Of a stretch of DNA of 58,252 bases, positions 27,113 through 37,534 are shown piece after piece. The position numbers and the translations under genes were made by a program. The notes under the pieces were generated by a model. That model searched no databases. It was given only the letters and a program-made list of their open reading frames with translations, and was not told the DNA's origin. Location: positions 1 through 58,252 of the forward strand of contig JBBRDG010000006.1 of the NCBI GenBank assembly GCA_038204165.1, given 5' to 3'. This DNA is from Elusimicrobiales bacterium. GTDB taxonomy: Bacteria; Elusimicrobiota; Elusimicrobia; Elusimicrobiales; UBA9959. How positions within the stretch are numbered: position 1 is the first letter of the stretch; the number at the start of each line of letters is the position of its first letter.

Positions 27113-30100
27113 ATGGAGCAGGAACCAAAACTAGACCCGTCTACAATCACGGACGTGGAAACAGCAAAGCTGGCCCTTCGCTGGGCCGTGGAAAAGATTC
27201 ACGGCCAGCAGGAAGAGGTCGGCCGCCTGCGCGAAGAAAACCGCAACAAAACCTCCATCAACCGCTCCCTGACCGAACAGGTGGAACAGAAAACCGAAAT
27301 CCTCAAAAAATGGCAGGGCACGATAAAGACCTGGGAAGAGAACTGGAAGACCCAGACCGCCATGGAAGCGGACCTCAAGGCCAAGTTGCGCGAACAGATT
27401 CTTAATGAGGAAACCTCCAACTGGCGCGCCGCCCGGGTGCAGCTCGAAAAAGAAGTAATCGCCCTGAAGAACGAACTGGCCGCCCGCGAAACCGAGATAG
27501 GCCGCGTAAAACTCAACCTTATCGACGAGCTAAAGAAAGCTTCCGAAGTTAAAGAAGCAGAGCTCAACACCCTGCTTACCCGCCACCAGGACAACCTGGC
27601 AGGCCGCGAAACCGCGCTGCACGAAAAATACGAGAACCTGGAGCGCGAGCTTATCGCCAGCCATCGCCTGCGCGCCGAGCAGGAGGAGTTAGGCCTGCGC
27701 GAACGCCACGAGATAAAGGTTAAGGAGCTGACCAAGCTGCAGGAGCAGAAGGAAGCCCAACTGGAGAAGTTCCGCAAGCAGCTGGAGGACGAACGTTTTG
27801 AGAAAATTGAGCAGCTGAAGACCGAGGCGGCCAGGGATCTGGCTGCCCGCCGGCAGGAGCTGGAAGAGGCCCACGCACGCAAGCAGGCCGAAACCGAGGC
27901 GGCCGCCGCCACCAAGATGGAAGAAGCCAGGGCGGCGCGGGAAGAAATCAGGACGGCGCTTGAAAATGATTTCGCGGAACGCCTGGCGCGCGTCGAAGAG
28001 GAAAAGAAAACAGAAGTGGCGGCGCACAAAAACGCCGCCGGGCGGGAATTGGAAACGCTGCGCGTGCGCATGAAGGCTTACGTGGACAAGCGCGAGCAGG
28101 AATACGTGGACCTGCGCCTGGAGATGGAAGGCCAGCTGGTGGAGCTGGTCAAGAAGCGCGAGGAAGAAACCCGCGCCCGTTATGAAAAGGCCATGGAAGA
28201 AGCCCGCGTGCAGTGGGAACGCGCCGCGGCCGAAAGCCTTACTCAGGCGGATGGCGCCGCGCTAAGAAGGACCGCCGGGCTGGAAGAGGAGTTCAAACTC
28301 CGCGCCAAGGAGCTGGAAGCCGCCAAAGAAACCGAATTTAAAGCCTTCCGCGAAAAGCTGGAAGCCGAGATGCGCGCCCGCGAGGAAGCGCTGCGGGCCT
28401 CCATGCTGGACGAGCAGAACGCCTGGACCGTCAGGCAGCAGGCCGCGGTGGACGAAACCCGCGTAGCGCTCGAGAAAAGCCACTCCGAAAGGCTTGAGAG
28501 CCTTAAGGCCGGGCTGGAAGAAGCCTACCTTATGAAAGAGAAGGCCCTGGAGACCCGCGTCGGATCCGTGCAGCGCAAGCTAAAGGCCGAATGGCTGGCG
28601 CGCGAGGACGAATGGCGCCTGGAAAAGGAAGCCTCCCTGCATGAAGAAAAAAACAAGCTTAAGCTAGAATTCGAGAGTCACCGGGAGCTGCTGCACAAGA
28701 AGCTCTCCCAGTTCGAGGACGAACTCAAGCTGAAGTACGCCCAGAAAGAGGGAGAGCTCGAGGCCGCAGGTAAAGCGCAGCTGTCCGAAAGTACGGCCGA
28801 ACTGAAAAAAGAAACCGAGCAGGAGAAGAACCGCCTGCGCGAAAAAGCCGCCGCCCTCCGGCGCGAACTGGAAGCTGGCGCCGCCGCGGCCAGGACCGAA
28901 GAGGAAGCCCGAGCCAGGACGCTGGAGGAAAAGTTCCTCAAGCGCGAAGAAGAATTTAAGGAAAAACAGCGCATCAGGCTGATCGAGGCCGAAATAGCCT
29001 TCAACGACAAACTGGACAAGGAACGCGCCCGCCTCACCGCCGAGTTCTCGGCCAGAATGACGGAAGCGGATAAGGATCGGCTCAGCGTACTGGAAGAGAA
29101 AGCCGCGCTTGAGAGCGTTCATGCCGCCAAGGTGCGCGAACTGGAAGCCCTGGCCGAAGAGCGCGCCAGGCAGGAAAGGCTGAAGGCCGAAGAGGCCTAC
29201 CACACCCGCGAGAGCCACCTGCAGGGCCGCGAAGCCGACCTGGACAAGCTGAAGAATTCCATGGAACAGCAGCAGAACGAGCTCAAGCTGAAGCTCAACC
29301 GCGACGCCCAGGCCAAGGAGCACGAGCTCTTCGGCAAGCTCTCCGCCGCCAAGGAGGAGATGTTCCAGGCCCTGAACGCGCACCGCGAGGTGCTGGACCG
29401 CGAGCACGAGGACCGCCTGGCCCGCCTGATGGAGAAGGAAACGCAGATGCAGGCGCGCCACAACGAGAAGTTCAAGGTTGCCGAAGCCGCCCTGAAACAG
29501 AGCCTGCAGGACGAGGCCGACAAGCTGGCCATAGAGATGGAAGGCCGCAAGGCCGACCTGGAGAACAGGCTCAAGAACCGCGAGCTGGCGCTCTCCGCCT
29601 CGGTCTCCGACCGGCAGACCCGGCTGGAAGCCGAGTTCATGACCCGCGAAAAGAACGCCATTGCCGCGCAGGACAAGGGGCTGGAGAAACGCCGCCAGGA
29701 ACTTGAAGCCGCGCTGGGCCGCCGGGAGAAGGAGCTGGACCGCAAGTACGGCGAGCTTTCCGAAAAACTTTACGCGCAGTACCAGTCCGAGCGGTCGGTC
29801 TGGGAATCCAAGAAACTGGAGCTGCTGAATACCGAGCGCCAGGCGCTGCGGGCCGACTTCGAAAAGAAAGAAGCCGCCCTGAACGAGAAGTTCGACGCCG
29901 AGCTGGCCAAACAGCGCGCGGACCGCGTGCGCCGCGAGGAAGAGTTCGCCGCCAAAAAGGACGAACTGGAAAAGAATTATTACGCCGAGCTGGAAAGAAG
30001 CCGCGCCTCGCTGGACAAGCTGCGCGCGGAGCTCGAGGCCAGGCTAACCGCCAAATTCCGTGAACTGGACGAGGAAAAGAACCGGCTGGCCGGTGAAAGA

Positions 30101-30124
30101 ACGGACAAGGGAACAAACGCCTGA
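27113..30124 (+). CDS. Giant coiled-coil protein 1 (1003 aa, function unknown)
   Basis: GGAGG RBS; rich in E/K/R/A/L; no Pro after residue 9, no Cys, no TM helix, no Walker motif. Confidence 0.85.
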   Translation: MEQEPKLDPSTITDVETAKLALRWAVEKIHGQQEEVGRLREENRNKTSINRSLTEQVEQKTEILKKWQGTIKTWEENWKTQTAMEADLKAKLREQILNEETSNWRAARVQLEKEVIALKNELAARETEIGRVKLNLIDELKKASEVKEAELNTLLTRHQDNLAGRETALHEKYENLERELIASHRLRAEQEELGLRERHEIKVKELTKLQEQKEAQLEKFRKQLEDERFEKIEQLKTEAARDLAARRQELEEAHARKQAETEAAAATKMEEARAAREEIRTALENDFAERLARVEEEKKTEVAAHKNAAGRELETLRVRMKAYVDKREQEYVDLRLEMEGQLVELVKKREEETRARYEKAMEEARVQWERAAAESLTQADGAALRRTAGLEEEFKLRAKELEAAKETEFKAFREKLEAEMRAREEALRASMLDEQNAWTVRQQAAVDETRVALEKSHSERLESLKAGLEEAYLMKEKALETRVGSVQRKLKAEWLAREDEWRLEKEASLHEEKNKLKLEFESHRELLHKKLSQFEDELKLKYAQKEGELEAAGKAQLSESTAELKKETEQEKNRLREKAAALRRELEAGAAAARTEEEARARTLEEKFLKREEEFKEKQRIRLIEAEIAFNDKLDKERARLTAEFSARMTEADKDRLSVLEEKAALESVHAAKVRELEALAEERARQERLKAEEAYHTRESHLQGREADLDKLKNSMEQQQNELKLKLNRDAQAKEHELFGKLSAAKEEMFQALNAHREVLDREHEDRLARLMEKETQMQARHNEKFKVAEAALKQSLQDEADKLAIEMEGRKADLENRLKNRELALSASVSDRQTRLEAEFMTREKNAIAAQDKGLEKRRQELEAALGRREKELDRKYGELSEKLYAQYQSERSVWESKKLELLNTERQALRADFEKKEAALNEKFDAELAKQRADRVRREEEFAAKKDELEKNYYAELERSRASLDKLRAELEARLTAKFRELDEEKNRLAGERTDKGTNA

Positions 30125-30125
30125 T

Positions 30126-33026
30126 ATGCCGCGCATGGACCACGACTTTGAGGACATCATGAAGGAGACCGAACTGGATTCGGCCAAGATGGTCCTGCGC
30201 CTTACTTCCGAGCTCCGGGAGAAGGAGATAGAGGTCGCCACCACGCGCTCGCGCAGTTTCGACGAGATCCAGCGCAATAATAAGGCCAAAGAGGCCGAGT
30301 TCGAGGCGCTGATGCGCGCCCAGGAAGAGCGCATAGCCAAGCGGGAACAGGACCTGGCCCGCCTGCTGGTAGAGAAAGAATCCGGCCTGTGGCAGAAATA
30401 TCAGGCCATGCTCGACGACGCCATCGACCGCCAGCGCGGGGAGTTCGAAGTAGAGCGGGCGCTGCTTAAGGCCGACATCGAGAAGAAAGAAACCGAGCTG
30501 GCCGCGCAGAAAAAGAACCTGCGCGCCGAGATGGAAACACTTTTTAAAAAATGGGAGGCCGAGCGCGAGGCAGACTTCAAGACCGAGCGCGAGACCTTCA
30601 TAGAGGAGCTGAAGCTGGGCCGCGGCACCGCGCAGAAAGAGGCGCTGGAGCGGGCCAAACAAATGGAAGAGCTGTGGGGCCAGAAGCTGGCCCAGCAGGA
30701 AGACGACTACAAGAACAGGGAAGCCATAACCGCCGAGGGCATCCGCAGCCAGATGCGCCGCGAGCGCGTAGAGGAGCTGAAGGTTCTCAACGAACGCCTG
30801 AACGCGGAGTTCTCCAAACGCGAGCAGGAACTGTACGCCCATTACGCAGCCTGGCTGGAAGAAAACAAGAAGCTGCTCGAGGAGAAAGCCTCGTTGCGCC
30901 TGCAGACCTCCGAAACCGAGTACCGGGAAAGGACCGCCCGACTGACGGACTCTCTTGAGAAACTCCGCGGGGAATTGACCGGCAGGGAAAAAGCCTGGGC
31001 GGACAAATACGCGGAATTTAAACAATTTTACGCCGAAAAAGAAGCGGGCCTGGACAACGAGGCCCGCGCGCTGGAAGCCCAGCACATGACCCGAGAACGG
31101 GAACTTTCCGAAAAGCAGGAATTACTGGCCCGCGACCTGCGCGAGGAAGCCGTGCGCCGCAAGGACGCCCTGGCGCGCAAAGAAAAGGACCTGGAGCAGC
31201 AGTTCGCCAACAACCTGGCCGAGTTCGCCGCCGAAAGCGAACGCCGGATCAAAGCCCTGGAGGCCCGGGAATCACGGACCGCCGCCGAGCGGCAGGAACT
31301 TTCCATGCTGCGCGAACAAATAGGCGCGCTGCTGGCCCAAAAACAGGTGGAACTTGAGAAAACTTTCGAAGAACGCAACTCCATCTTCCAACAAACACTG
31401 GAGGAGTCCTTTAAAATAAAGGAACTCGACCTGGCCAAAAAATACGAGAATATGGAACGCCAGTACTCCACCCTCACCGCCCAGAAGGACGCCGCCGTCG
31501 CCAAAACAGATTTGATGGTGGAAGAGAACGCCAAACTGAAGGACGCGCTGGTCTCGCGCGACTCGCATGCCCACGGGGTGCTGGAAGCAGAACGAGCGCG
31601 CCTGGACGAGCAGCGCCGGAAGATGGAAGAGGAGTTCCTGGCCAGGGATTCCAAGATCAAAGAAGAGCTGCAAAGCCACGAACAGGCCGCCCGCACCGCC
31701 TACTCAGAACGCCTGGCGGAGGAAACAGAAAGACTGCAGGCGCGGCTAAAGGTCAAGGAAGCGGCCCTGGAAAATGAGCGGGAAGCCCTGAACCAGCGCT
31801 CCGGAGAGATGGAAGCCGGCTTTCTGAACACACTGAGAGACAGGGAAGCGGAAGTCACCGAGAATTTCAGGCGCAACGCCGAAGCGCTCAAAGCACAGGC
31901 CGAAGCCGCGCGCCGCGGCTGGGAAGCGGAAAAAATCACCCTGCTGGCTGACGCCGAAAACCGGGAGAGCAGGGCGCGCGAAGCCGAAAGGCAGAAACTG
32001 GCCGGCCGCGAGGCCGAGTTGAACGCTTTCTACGAAACCCGCGAGGTGGAGCTCAGGCGGGCCGCCGACGACGGGGCCAGGGCCGCCGAGCGGCACCTTG
32101 CGGAAAACTTCTCTATCAAGGAGAGAGACCTGGCCGCCAGGGTTAAGGGGATGGAAGAGACCCTGGCCAAGGCCTCCGGCGAGAGCGAAGAAGCCGCGCG
32201 CGCCCTTGGCGCCGCCAAAGAGGATTTGGAGATCCTCACCCGCAGACTGGAGGAAAGCGAGCGCGAACGCCAGAAACTAATACAGGAGAACCTCACCAAG
32301 GCCCGCGACCTGCGCCAGACCCTGGAGAAAGAGTTTCTGGACAAACTCAAGGACATAGAGCAGAACTACCTCGGCCAGCTGACCGACCTCTCGAAGCGTT
32401 CCGACGAGGCCCGCAAGGCCGACCAGGACGAGTATTTCCGCAAGCTGCAGTTCGTGAAGGACGACTTCAGCGCCAGGCTTAACGACCAGTCCAAGGACAT
32501 GGAAGTCTCGTACCTGGAGCGCGAGCGCAACCTTACCGCCGCGCTGAACGAAACTTTCAGGATAAAGGAAAAAGCGCTGGGCGCCAGGCAGGCCCAGCTG
32601 GAGAGCAGCTACCAGGCCATGCTTGCCGAAAAATCCTCCGTGATAGACAACGACCGCTCGCTGGCGGAGAACGTGGAACGCCTGAAGGAAGAGCTCGAAC
32701 AGAAGAACAAGCAGCTCAGGGAAGCCATTAATTCTCAAGGCAGCCGGCTTGAAGACCAGGAGGCGAAACTGCGCGCCAGCTTCGAGACCCGCAGGAAAGA
32801 GCTGGAGGACGCGCAGCGCATGCGCGCCTCCCAGCTTGAGGCGGAGCGCGCGAAGCTGAAGGCCATGCTGGACCAGGAACAGGAGCTTGTGACCGGTCTG
32901 CAGAAGCGCGAGACCGCGCTGCAGGAGAGTTACGCGGAACGCGAAGCGGACATGACCCGCCGCTTCAAGGAAGCCCGCGAGCGCCTTGAAAAAGACTATC
33001 AGGACCGCATGAAGGACCACGGCTGA
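30126..33026 (+). CDS. Giant coiled-coil protein 2 (~966 aa, function unknown)
   Basis: ATG 1 nt after the stop of protein 1; same composition; related N-terminal motif. Confidence 0.85.
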   Translation: MPRMDHDFEDIMKETELDSAKMVLRLTSELREKEIEVATTRSRSFDEIQRNNKAKEAEFEALMRAQEERIAKREQDLARLLVEKESGLWQKYQAMLDDAIDRQRGEFEVERALLKADIEKKETELAAQKKNLRAEMETLFKKWEAEREADFKTERETFIEELKLGRGTAQKEALERAKQMEELWGQKLAQQEDDYKNREAITAEGIRSQMRRERVEELKVLNERLNAEFSKREQELYAHYAAWLEENKKLLEEKASLRLQTSETEYRERTARLTDSLEKLRGELTGREKAWADKYAEFKQFYAEKEAGLDNEARALEAQHMTRERELSEKQELLARDLREEAVRRKDALARKEKDLEQQFANNLAEFAAESERRIKALEARESRTAAERQELSMLREQIGALLAQKQVELEKTFEERNSIFQQTLEESFKIKELDLAKKYENMERQYSTLTAQKDAAVAKTDLMVEENAKLKDALVSRDSHAHGVLEAERARLDEQRRKMEEEFLARDSKIKEELQSHEQAARTAYSERLAEETERLQARLKVKEAALENEREALNQRSGEMEAGFLNTLRDREAEVTENFRRNAEALKAQAEAARRGWEAEKITLLADAENRESRAREAERQKLAGREAELNAFYETREVELRRAADDGARAAERHLAENFSIKERDLAARVKGMEETLAKASGESEEAARALGAAKEDLEILTRRLEESERERQKLIQENLTKARDLRQTLEKEFLDKLKDIEQNYLGQLTDLSKRSDEARKADQDEYFRKLQFVKDDFSARLNDQSKDMEVSYLERERNLTAALNETFRIKEKALGARQAQLESSYQAMLAEKSSVIDNDRSLAENVERLKEELEQKNKQLREAINSQGSRLEDQEAKLRASFETRRKELEDAQRMRASQLEAERAKLKAMLDQEQELVTGLQKRETALQESYAEREADMTRRFKEARERLEKDYQDRMKDHG

Positions 33027-33193
33027 ACGAACCGCGGTTCCCCCCCGTAAATCCCCCGAGGTGATTAGATATTTTTTGTTTTCTTTTTTTGTATTATAAT
33101 TTAACTACGATTTTATCAGGCCCAGGCTTAAACTGCGGTCCGGGCACTTTAGGAGCGGTAATTAAAATAAACATCAAGTAAGAGGTGACAGGC

Positions 33194-34651
33194 ATGAAAG
33201 AATTCAATAAGAAAATATTATTCATCGGTTTCGGCTCCGTGGCGCAGTGCGCTCTGCCTATGCTGTTCAAGCTGATCAAGGTCCCGGCCAAGAATATAAC
33301 CGTTATGGATTTTGAGGATAAACGCGAGGCGCTCAAGCCGATGCTGGCCAAAGGCGTGAACTACGTGCGCGCTAAGATCGAGAAAAAAAACATGTCCGCG
33401 CTGCTCGGTAAATATCTTTCCGAAGGCGATTTGCTAATCGACCTGGCCTGGAACATCGACGCCTGCGAGATCCTGCAATGGTGCCACGACCGCGGCGTGC
33501 TCTATATCAACACCTCCACCGAACTGTGGGACCCCTACAAGAACGCCGTAGACAAACACCCCACGGAACGCACCCTTTACGTCCGCCACATGGCTATGCG
33601 GAAAATGATAGCCGGCTGGAAGAAAATAGGCCCGACGGCGGTGATTGAGCACGGCGCCAACCCCGGCCTGATCTCCCACTTCGCCAAGAAGGGCCTGATT
33701 GATATCGCCGAGAGTCTGCTAGCCGACAAGAAAGTTAAAGGCGCCAGGGCCGAAAAGCTCCGCCAGCTGGTTAAAGACCAGACCTTCAACGTTCTCTCCC
33801 AGGAAATTGGCGTAAAAGTGATTCACGTCAGCGAGCGCGACACGCAGATTTCAGACGCGCCCAAGCAGGTTAACGAATTCGTAAACACCTGGAGCGTAGA
33901 GGGTTTCCGAGAAGAAGGCGTGGCGCCGGCCGAGCTGGGCTGGGGCACGCACGAGAAGACCCTCCCCCCTATGGCCTGCCAGCATAAGACCGGCCCGAAG
34001 AACCAAATCTGCCTGGCCCGCATGGGCATGAACACCTGGATCTCCACCTGGGTGCCCGACTACTGCATCCACGGCATGCTGGTCCGCCACGGCGAGGCCT
34101 TTACGCTGTCGGACAAGCTGACGGTTTGGAAGAAAGGCAAAGCCGTGTACCGCCCCACCGTGCACTACGCCTACTGCCCTTCCGACGCGGCCATCGCCTC
34201 GCTAAACGAATTGCGCGGTTACGACTACGCGCTGCAGCCGAAGCTCCGCATCATGGGTGACGAGGTCACCAGTGGCTACGACACGCTCGGCGCCCTGCTG
34301 ATGGGGCACGATTACAACGCCTGGTGGACCGGCACGATCCTGGACATTAAAGAATCCCGCGAGCTGATCCCGCACCAGAACGCCACCACTATCCAGGTGG
34401 CCATCGGCGTGCTCGCCGCGGCCATGTGGATGATGGACAACCCCGAAGAGGGCTTCAACGTGCCCGACGACCTGCCCCACGAGTACGTGTTGAAGATAGC
34501 CAAGCCCTGGCTGGGCAAGCTGCACTCGGCCAAGTCAGACTGGACCCCGCTGAAGCATTACACCAATGCCTTCAAGGGCTACAATAACCCGTACATCGAC
34601 AAAAAAGACCCTTGGCAGTTCAAGAACTTCCTGATTACTGATTCGGATTAA
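33194..34651 (+). CDS. hss: Homospermidine synthase
   Basis: IGFGSV, EHGANPGLISHF, ERDTQ, EFVNTWSVEGF, PAELGWG, YRPTVHYAY and NATTIQV. Confidence 0.9.
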   Translation: MKEFNKKILFIGFGSVAQCALPMLFKLIKVPAKNITVMDFEDKREALKPMLAKGVNYVRAKIEKKNMSALLGKYLSEGDLLIDLAWNIDACEILQWCHDRGVLYINTSTELWDPYKNAVDKHPTERTLYVRHMAMRKMIAGWKKIGPTAVIEHGANPGLISHFAKKGLIDIAESLLADKKVKGARAEKLRQLVKDQTFNVLSQEIGVKVIHVSERDTQISDAPKQVNEFVNTWSVEGFREEGVAPAELGWGTHEKTLPPMACQHKTGPKNQICLARMGMNTWISTWVPDYCIHGMLVRHGEAFTLSDKLTVWKKGKAVYRPTVHYAYCPSDAAIASLNELRGYDYALQPKLRIMGDEVTSGYDTLGALLMGHDYNAWWTGTILDIKESRELIPHQNATTIQVAIGVLAAAMWMMDNPEEGFNVPDDLPHEYVLKIAKPWLGKLHSAKSDWTPLKHYTNAFKGYNNPYIDKKDPWQFKNFLITDSD

Positions 34652-34705
34652 AATTTCGGTAAAATTATAAAAACGGGAAACCGGAGGAGAGAGAAGACTA
34701 GAAAT

Positions 34706-35854
34706 ATGATCACAAAAACACAGATGCAGGACCTCGCCAAGAAGCACGGGACGCCGCTCTTCATCGTAGACCACGATGAGATCCGCAAGAATTACGCGCA
34801 GTTCAAGAAGTACCTCCCGCGCGTGCAGGCTTACTACGCGGTAAAGGCCGAGCCTATGCCGGAGATAGTAAAAACCCTCTACAAAGCGGGCGCCAGCTTC
34901 GACGTGGCCTCCATGCCCGAATTCATGATCGTGCACGAGTACATCAAGAACATGCCGGATAAGAAGCGGCTGGCCTGGATCTGGGACAAGATTATATACG
35001 CTAACCCTATTAAGCCGAACGAGACGCTGAAAGAGCTGGACCAGTACCGGCCCCTCGTCACGTTCGATAACCTGGAAGAGATCCACAAGATTAAGAAGTA
35101 CGCGCCCCATGCCGGCCTGTGCCTGCGCATCCGCGTGGCCAACACCGGCGCCGTGGTGGAGCTCAGCTCCAAGTTCGGCGCGGCCCCCGGCGAAGCCGTG
35201 GACCTGATCCTCGAGGCCGTAAAACAGGGCCTGGGCGTAGAAGGCCTGAGCTTCCACGTGGGCAGCCAGACCACCAACTTCGAGAACTACGTACAGGCCA
35301 TTAACCTGGCCGCCGACATCTTCAAAGAAGCCAAGCAGCGCGGCTATGACAAGATGAACCTGCTGGACATCGGCGGCGGCTTCCCGGCCCCATACGACGC
35401 TTCCGTGAAACCGTTCCAGGTGCTGGCCAAGAAGATCAACTCCGAACTGGAGCGCCTGTTCCCGGACCCGAAGATAGAGATCCTGGCCGAACCCGGCCGC
35501 TTCATGATAGCGACCGCCGGCACCTCGGTGGTACAGATCAACGGCAAAACGGTGCGCGACGGCAAGACCTGCTACTACGTAAACGACGGCGCCTATCACA
35601 CCTACTCCGGCATTATCTTCGACCACCAGCATTGCAACATGTTCTCCTTCCGCAAAGGCAAGAAGGTTGAGAACTGCGCCGTGTTCGGCCCCACCTGCGA
35701 CGCGCTGGACGTGATCTCCGCGGCGATGAGCCTGCCTACGGACCTGCAGTTGGGTGAGTTGATGTATAGCACCAACATGGGCGCGTACAGCCACGCCTCG
35801 TCCACCTGGTTCAACGGCTTCCCGCCCGCCAAGGTGATCCACATCAATCAGTAA
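34706..35854 (+). CDS. Type III PLP ornithine/lysine decarboxylase
   Basis: YAVK, FDVAS, YANPIK, KFGA, FHVGSQ, DIGGGF, EPGR, GPTCD and FNGF. Confidence 0.88.
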   Translation: MITKTQMQDLAKKHGTPLFIVDHDEIRKNYAQFKKYLPRVQAYYAVKAEPMPEIVKTLYKAGASFDVASMPEFMIVHEYIKNMPDKKRLAWIWDKIIYANPIKPNETLKELDQYRPLVTFDNLEEIHKIKKYAPHAGLCLRIRVANTGAVVELSSKFGAAPGEAVDLILEAVKQGLGVEGLSFHVGSQTTNFENYVQAINLAADIFKEAKQRGYDKMNLLDIGGGFPAPYDASVKPFQVLAKKINSELERLFPDPKIEILAEPGRFMIATAGTSVVQINGKTVRDGKTCYYVNDGAYHTYSGIIFDHQHCNMFSFRKGKKVENCAVFGPTCDALDVISAAMSLPTDLQLGELMYSTNMGAYSHASSTWFNGFPPAKVIHINQ

Positions 35855-35878
35855 CGGCCGCCGCAGAGCAGCCAAAAG

Positions 35879-35912
35879 AGACCGCGGGCAAGCCCCCGCG
35901 GTCTTTCTTTTT
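35879..35912 (+). terminator. Intrinsic terminator
   Basis: AGACCGCGGG-caagc-CCCGCGGTCT followed by a T-run. Confidence 0.75.
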
Positions 35913-35939
35913 ACCCCCGGGAATTTATTATAATTAGGT

Positions 35940-36491
35940 ATGTCCTCATTCCCCGTTCCTAAAGAAGTGTTCCTGACCAAAGGCCTCGGCCGCCACAAAG
36001 AAAAACTGGCGAGCTTCGAGGAAGCCCTCCGGGACGCCAAGATCGCCAAATACAATCTTGTGCACGTCTCCAGCATCTTCCCCCCTTACTGCAAGGTGAT
36101 CCCGGCCAAGAAGGGCATAGAGAAGCTGCACGACGGGCAGATAGTACACTGCGTGCTGAGCCGCAACGCCATTAACGAGAACCACCGCCTGATAGCCACC
36201 TCGGTAGGCCTGGCGATTCCCAAGGACCGCGCGCACTACGGGTATATTTCAGAGCACCACACTTTCGGAGAGACCGACGAAAAGACCGGCGACTACGCCG
36301 AAGATCTGGCCGCGCTGATGTTATCAACCATCCAGGGCGTGGAATTCGGCGGCGAAACCACCTGGGACCAGAAAGAGGAAATTTGGAAACTAAGCGGCAA
36401 GATCGTACGCGCCGCCAACATAACCCAGTCCGCCATCGGCATGGAAGGCATTTGGACCACCACGGTGGCCGCCGCGGTCTTCCTGTTCTGA
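35940..36491 (+). CDS. pdaD: Pyruvoyl-dependent arginine decarboxylase
   Basis: LASFEEALRDA.I..YNLV.VSSIFP (Ser-Ser autocleavage), GYISEHH, YAEDLAA and WTTTVAAAV. Confidence 0.9.
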   Translation: MSSFPVPKEVFLTKGLGRHKEKLASFEEALRDAKIAKYNLVHVSSIFPPYCKVIPAKKGIEKLHDGQIVHCVLSRNAINENHRLIATSVGLAIPKDRAHYGYISEHHTFGETDEKTGDYAEDLAALMLSTIQGVEFGGETTWDQKEEIWKLSGKIVRAANITQSAIGMEGIWTTTVAAAVFLF

Positions 36492-36551
36492 CGCACTGAT
36501 AAATTCCAGGCCGGCTCCGCCGGGGAGTCGGCCCTTAGTAAGAGGTAACCT

Positions 36552-37412
36552 ATGTCATTCAAACCGGCCAAACAACAATTCGTTTTCCGCAAAGCTATTA
36601 ACTTCAACGAAGCGGCCTTCGTTGTAGTGCCCGTTCCCTACGAGCGCACCACCTCCTACGGCCAGGGCACTAAATACGGCCCCGAAGCCGTCATAGACGC
36701 GTCCTGGCAGGTGGAACTGTGGGACGAGGAGACCAAGGGCGAGACCTGGCGCAAAGGCATCTTCACCACCGCGCCGGTTAACTGCGCCCTGCCCGAAAAG
36801 AAGTTCTTCCCCGCGCTGGAAAAGACGGTGGAGAAGCTGCTTTCCTCCACCAAGGCGCTGCCTTTCTTCATCGGCGGCGAGCACAGCATCACGCAGGCGC
36901 TGTTACCGCCTTTCATAAAACGCCACAAGAACCTTTCGATTCTGCATTTCGACGCGCACGCTGACCTGCGGCTGACCTTCGAGGGTTCCGAACATAGCCA
37001 CGCCTGCGCGGTATACCCGGCCTCCCGCTGCAACAAGGTGGTGCAGATCGGCATCCGCAGCGTGGGCGTGGACGAACGGCAGTTCCACAACGCCGGCAAC
37101 GTGAAGACGCACCTGATGCACGAGAATCTGGACTTCAAAAAGCTGGAGCGGGACGTGCTGCGCGAACTTACGGACACGGTTTACCTTACTATAGATGTGG
37201 ACGGGTTCGACCCCTCGGTAATGCCCGGCACGGGCACGCCGCAGCCCGGCGGCTTCCAGTGGTACGACGCTCTGAGGCTGTTCAAGGCTGTGTGCAAGCA
37301 CAAGAAGGTGGTGGGCGTGGACGTTATGGAAGTGGCCCCGGTAAAGGGCTCCAACATAACCGAACTTGCCGCCTCCAAACTTATCTACCGGCTGATGGGA
37401 TACCTGGGCTGA
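36552..37412 (+). CDS. speB: Agmatinase
   Basis: PYERTTSYG.GT..GP, GGEHS, DAHADLR, SHAC and DVDGFDP..PGTGTP. Confidence 0.9.
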   Translation: MSFKPAKQQFVFRKAINFNEAAFVVVPVPYERTTSYGQGTKYGPEAVIDASWQVELWDEETKGETWRKGIFTTAPVNCALPEKKFFPALEKTVEKLLSSTKALPFFIGGEHSITQALLPPFIKRHKNLSILHFDAHADLRLTFEGSEHSHACAVYPASRCNKVVQIGIRSVGVDERQFHNAGNVKTHLMHENLDFKKLERDVLRELTDTVYLTIDVDGFDPSVMPGTGTPQPGGFQWYDALRLFKAVCKHKKVVGVDVMEVAPVKGSNITELAASKLIYRLMGYLG

Positions 37413-37430
37413 CCCGGATACAACAAAAAT

Positions 37431-37465
37431 AAAAGAACCGCGGGCTGTCCCGCGGTTCTTTTTTT
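37431..37465 (+). terminator. Intrinsic terminator
   Basis: AAAAGAACCGCGGG-ctgt-CCCGCGGTTCTTTT. Confidence 0.8.
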
Positions 37466-37534
37466 GGGGGCCCTTGCGCTTTACTTGTTTGGGGGCTACA
37501 CTATATTTACGCGGCGGTTATGTGAGGCTTACTT

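Noticed and set aside
27113-33026. SMC or phage tape-measure annotation, or one frameshifted gene
   Set aside because: No Walker A/B motif or hinge, no phage context, and gene 2 has its own start and N-terminal motif
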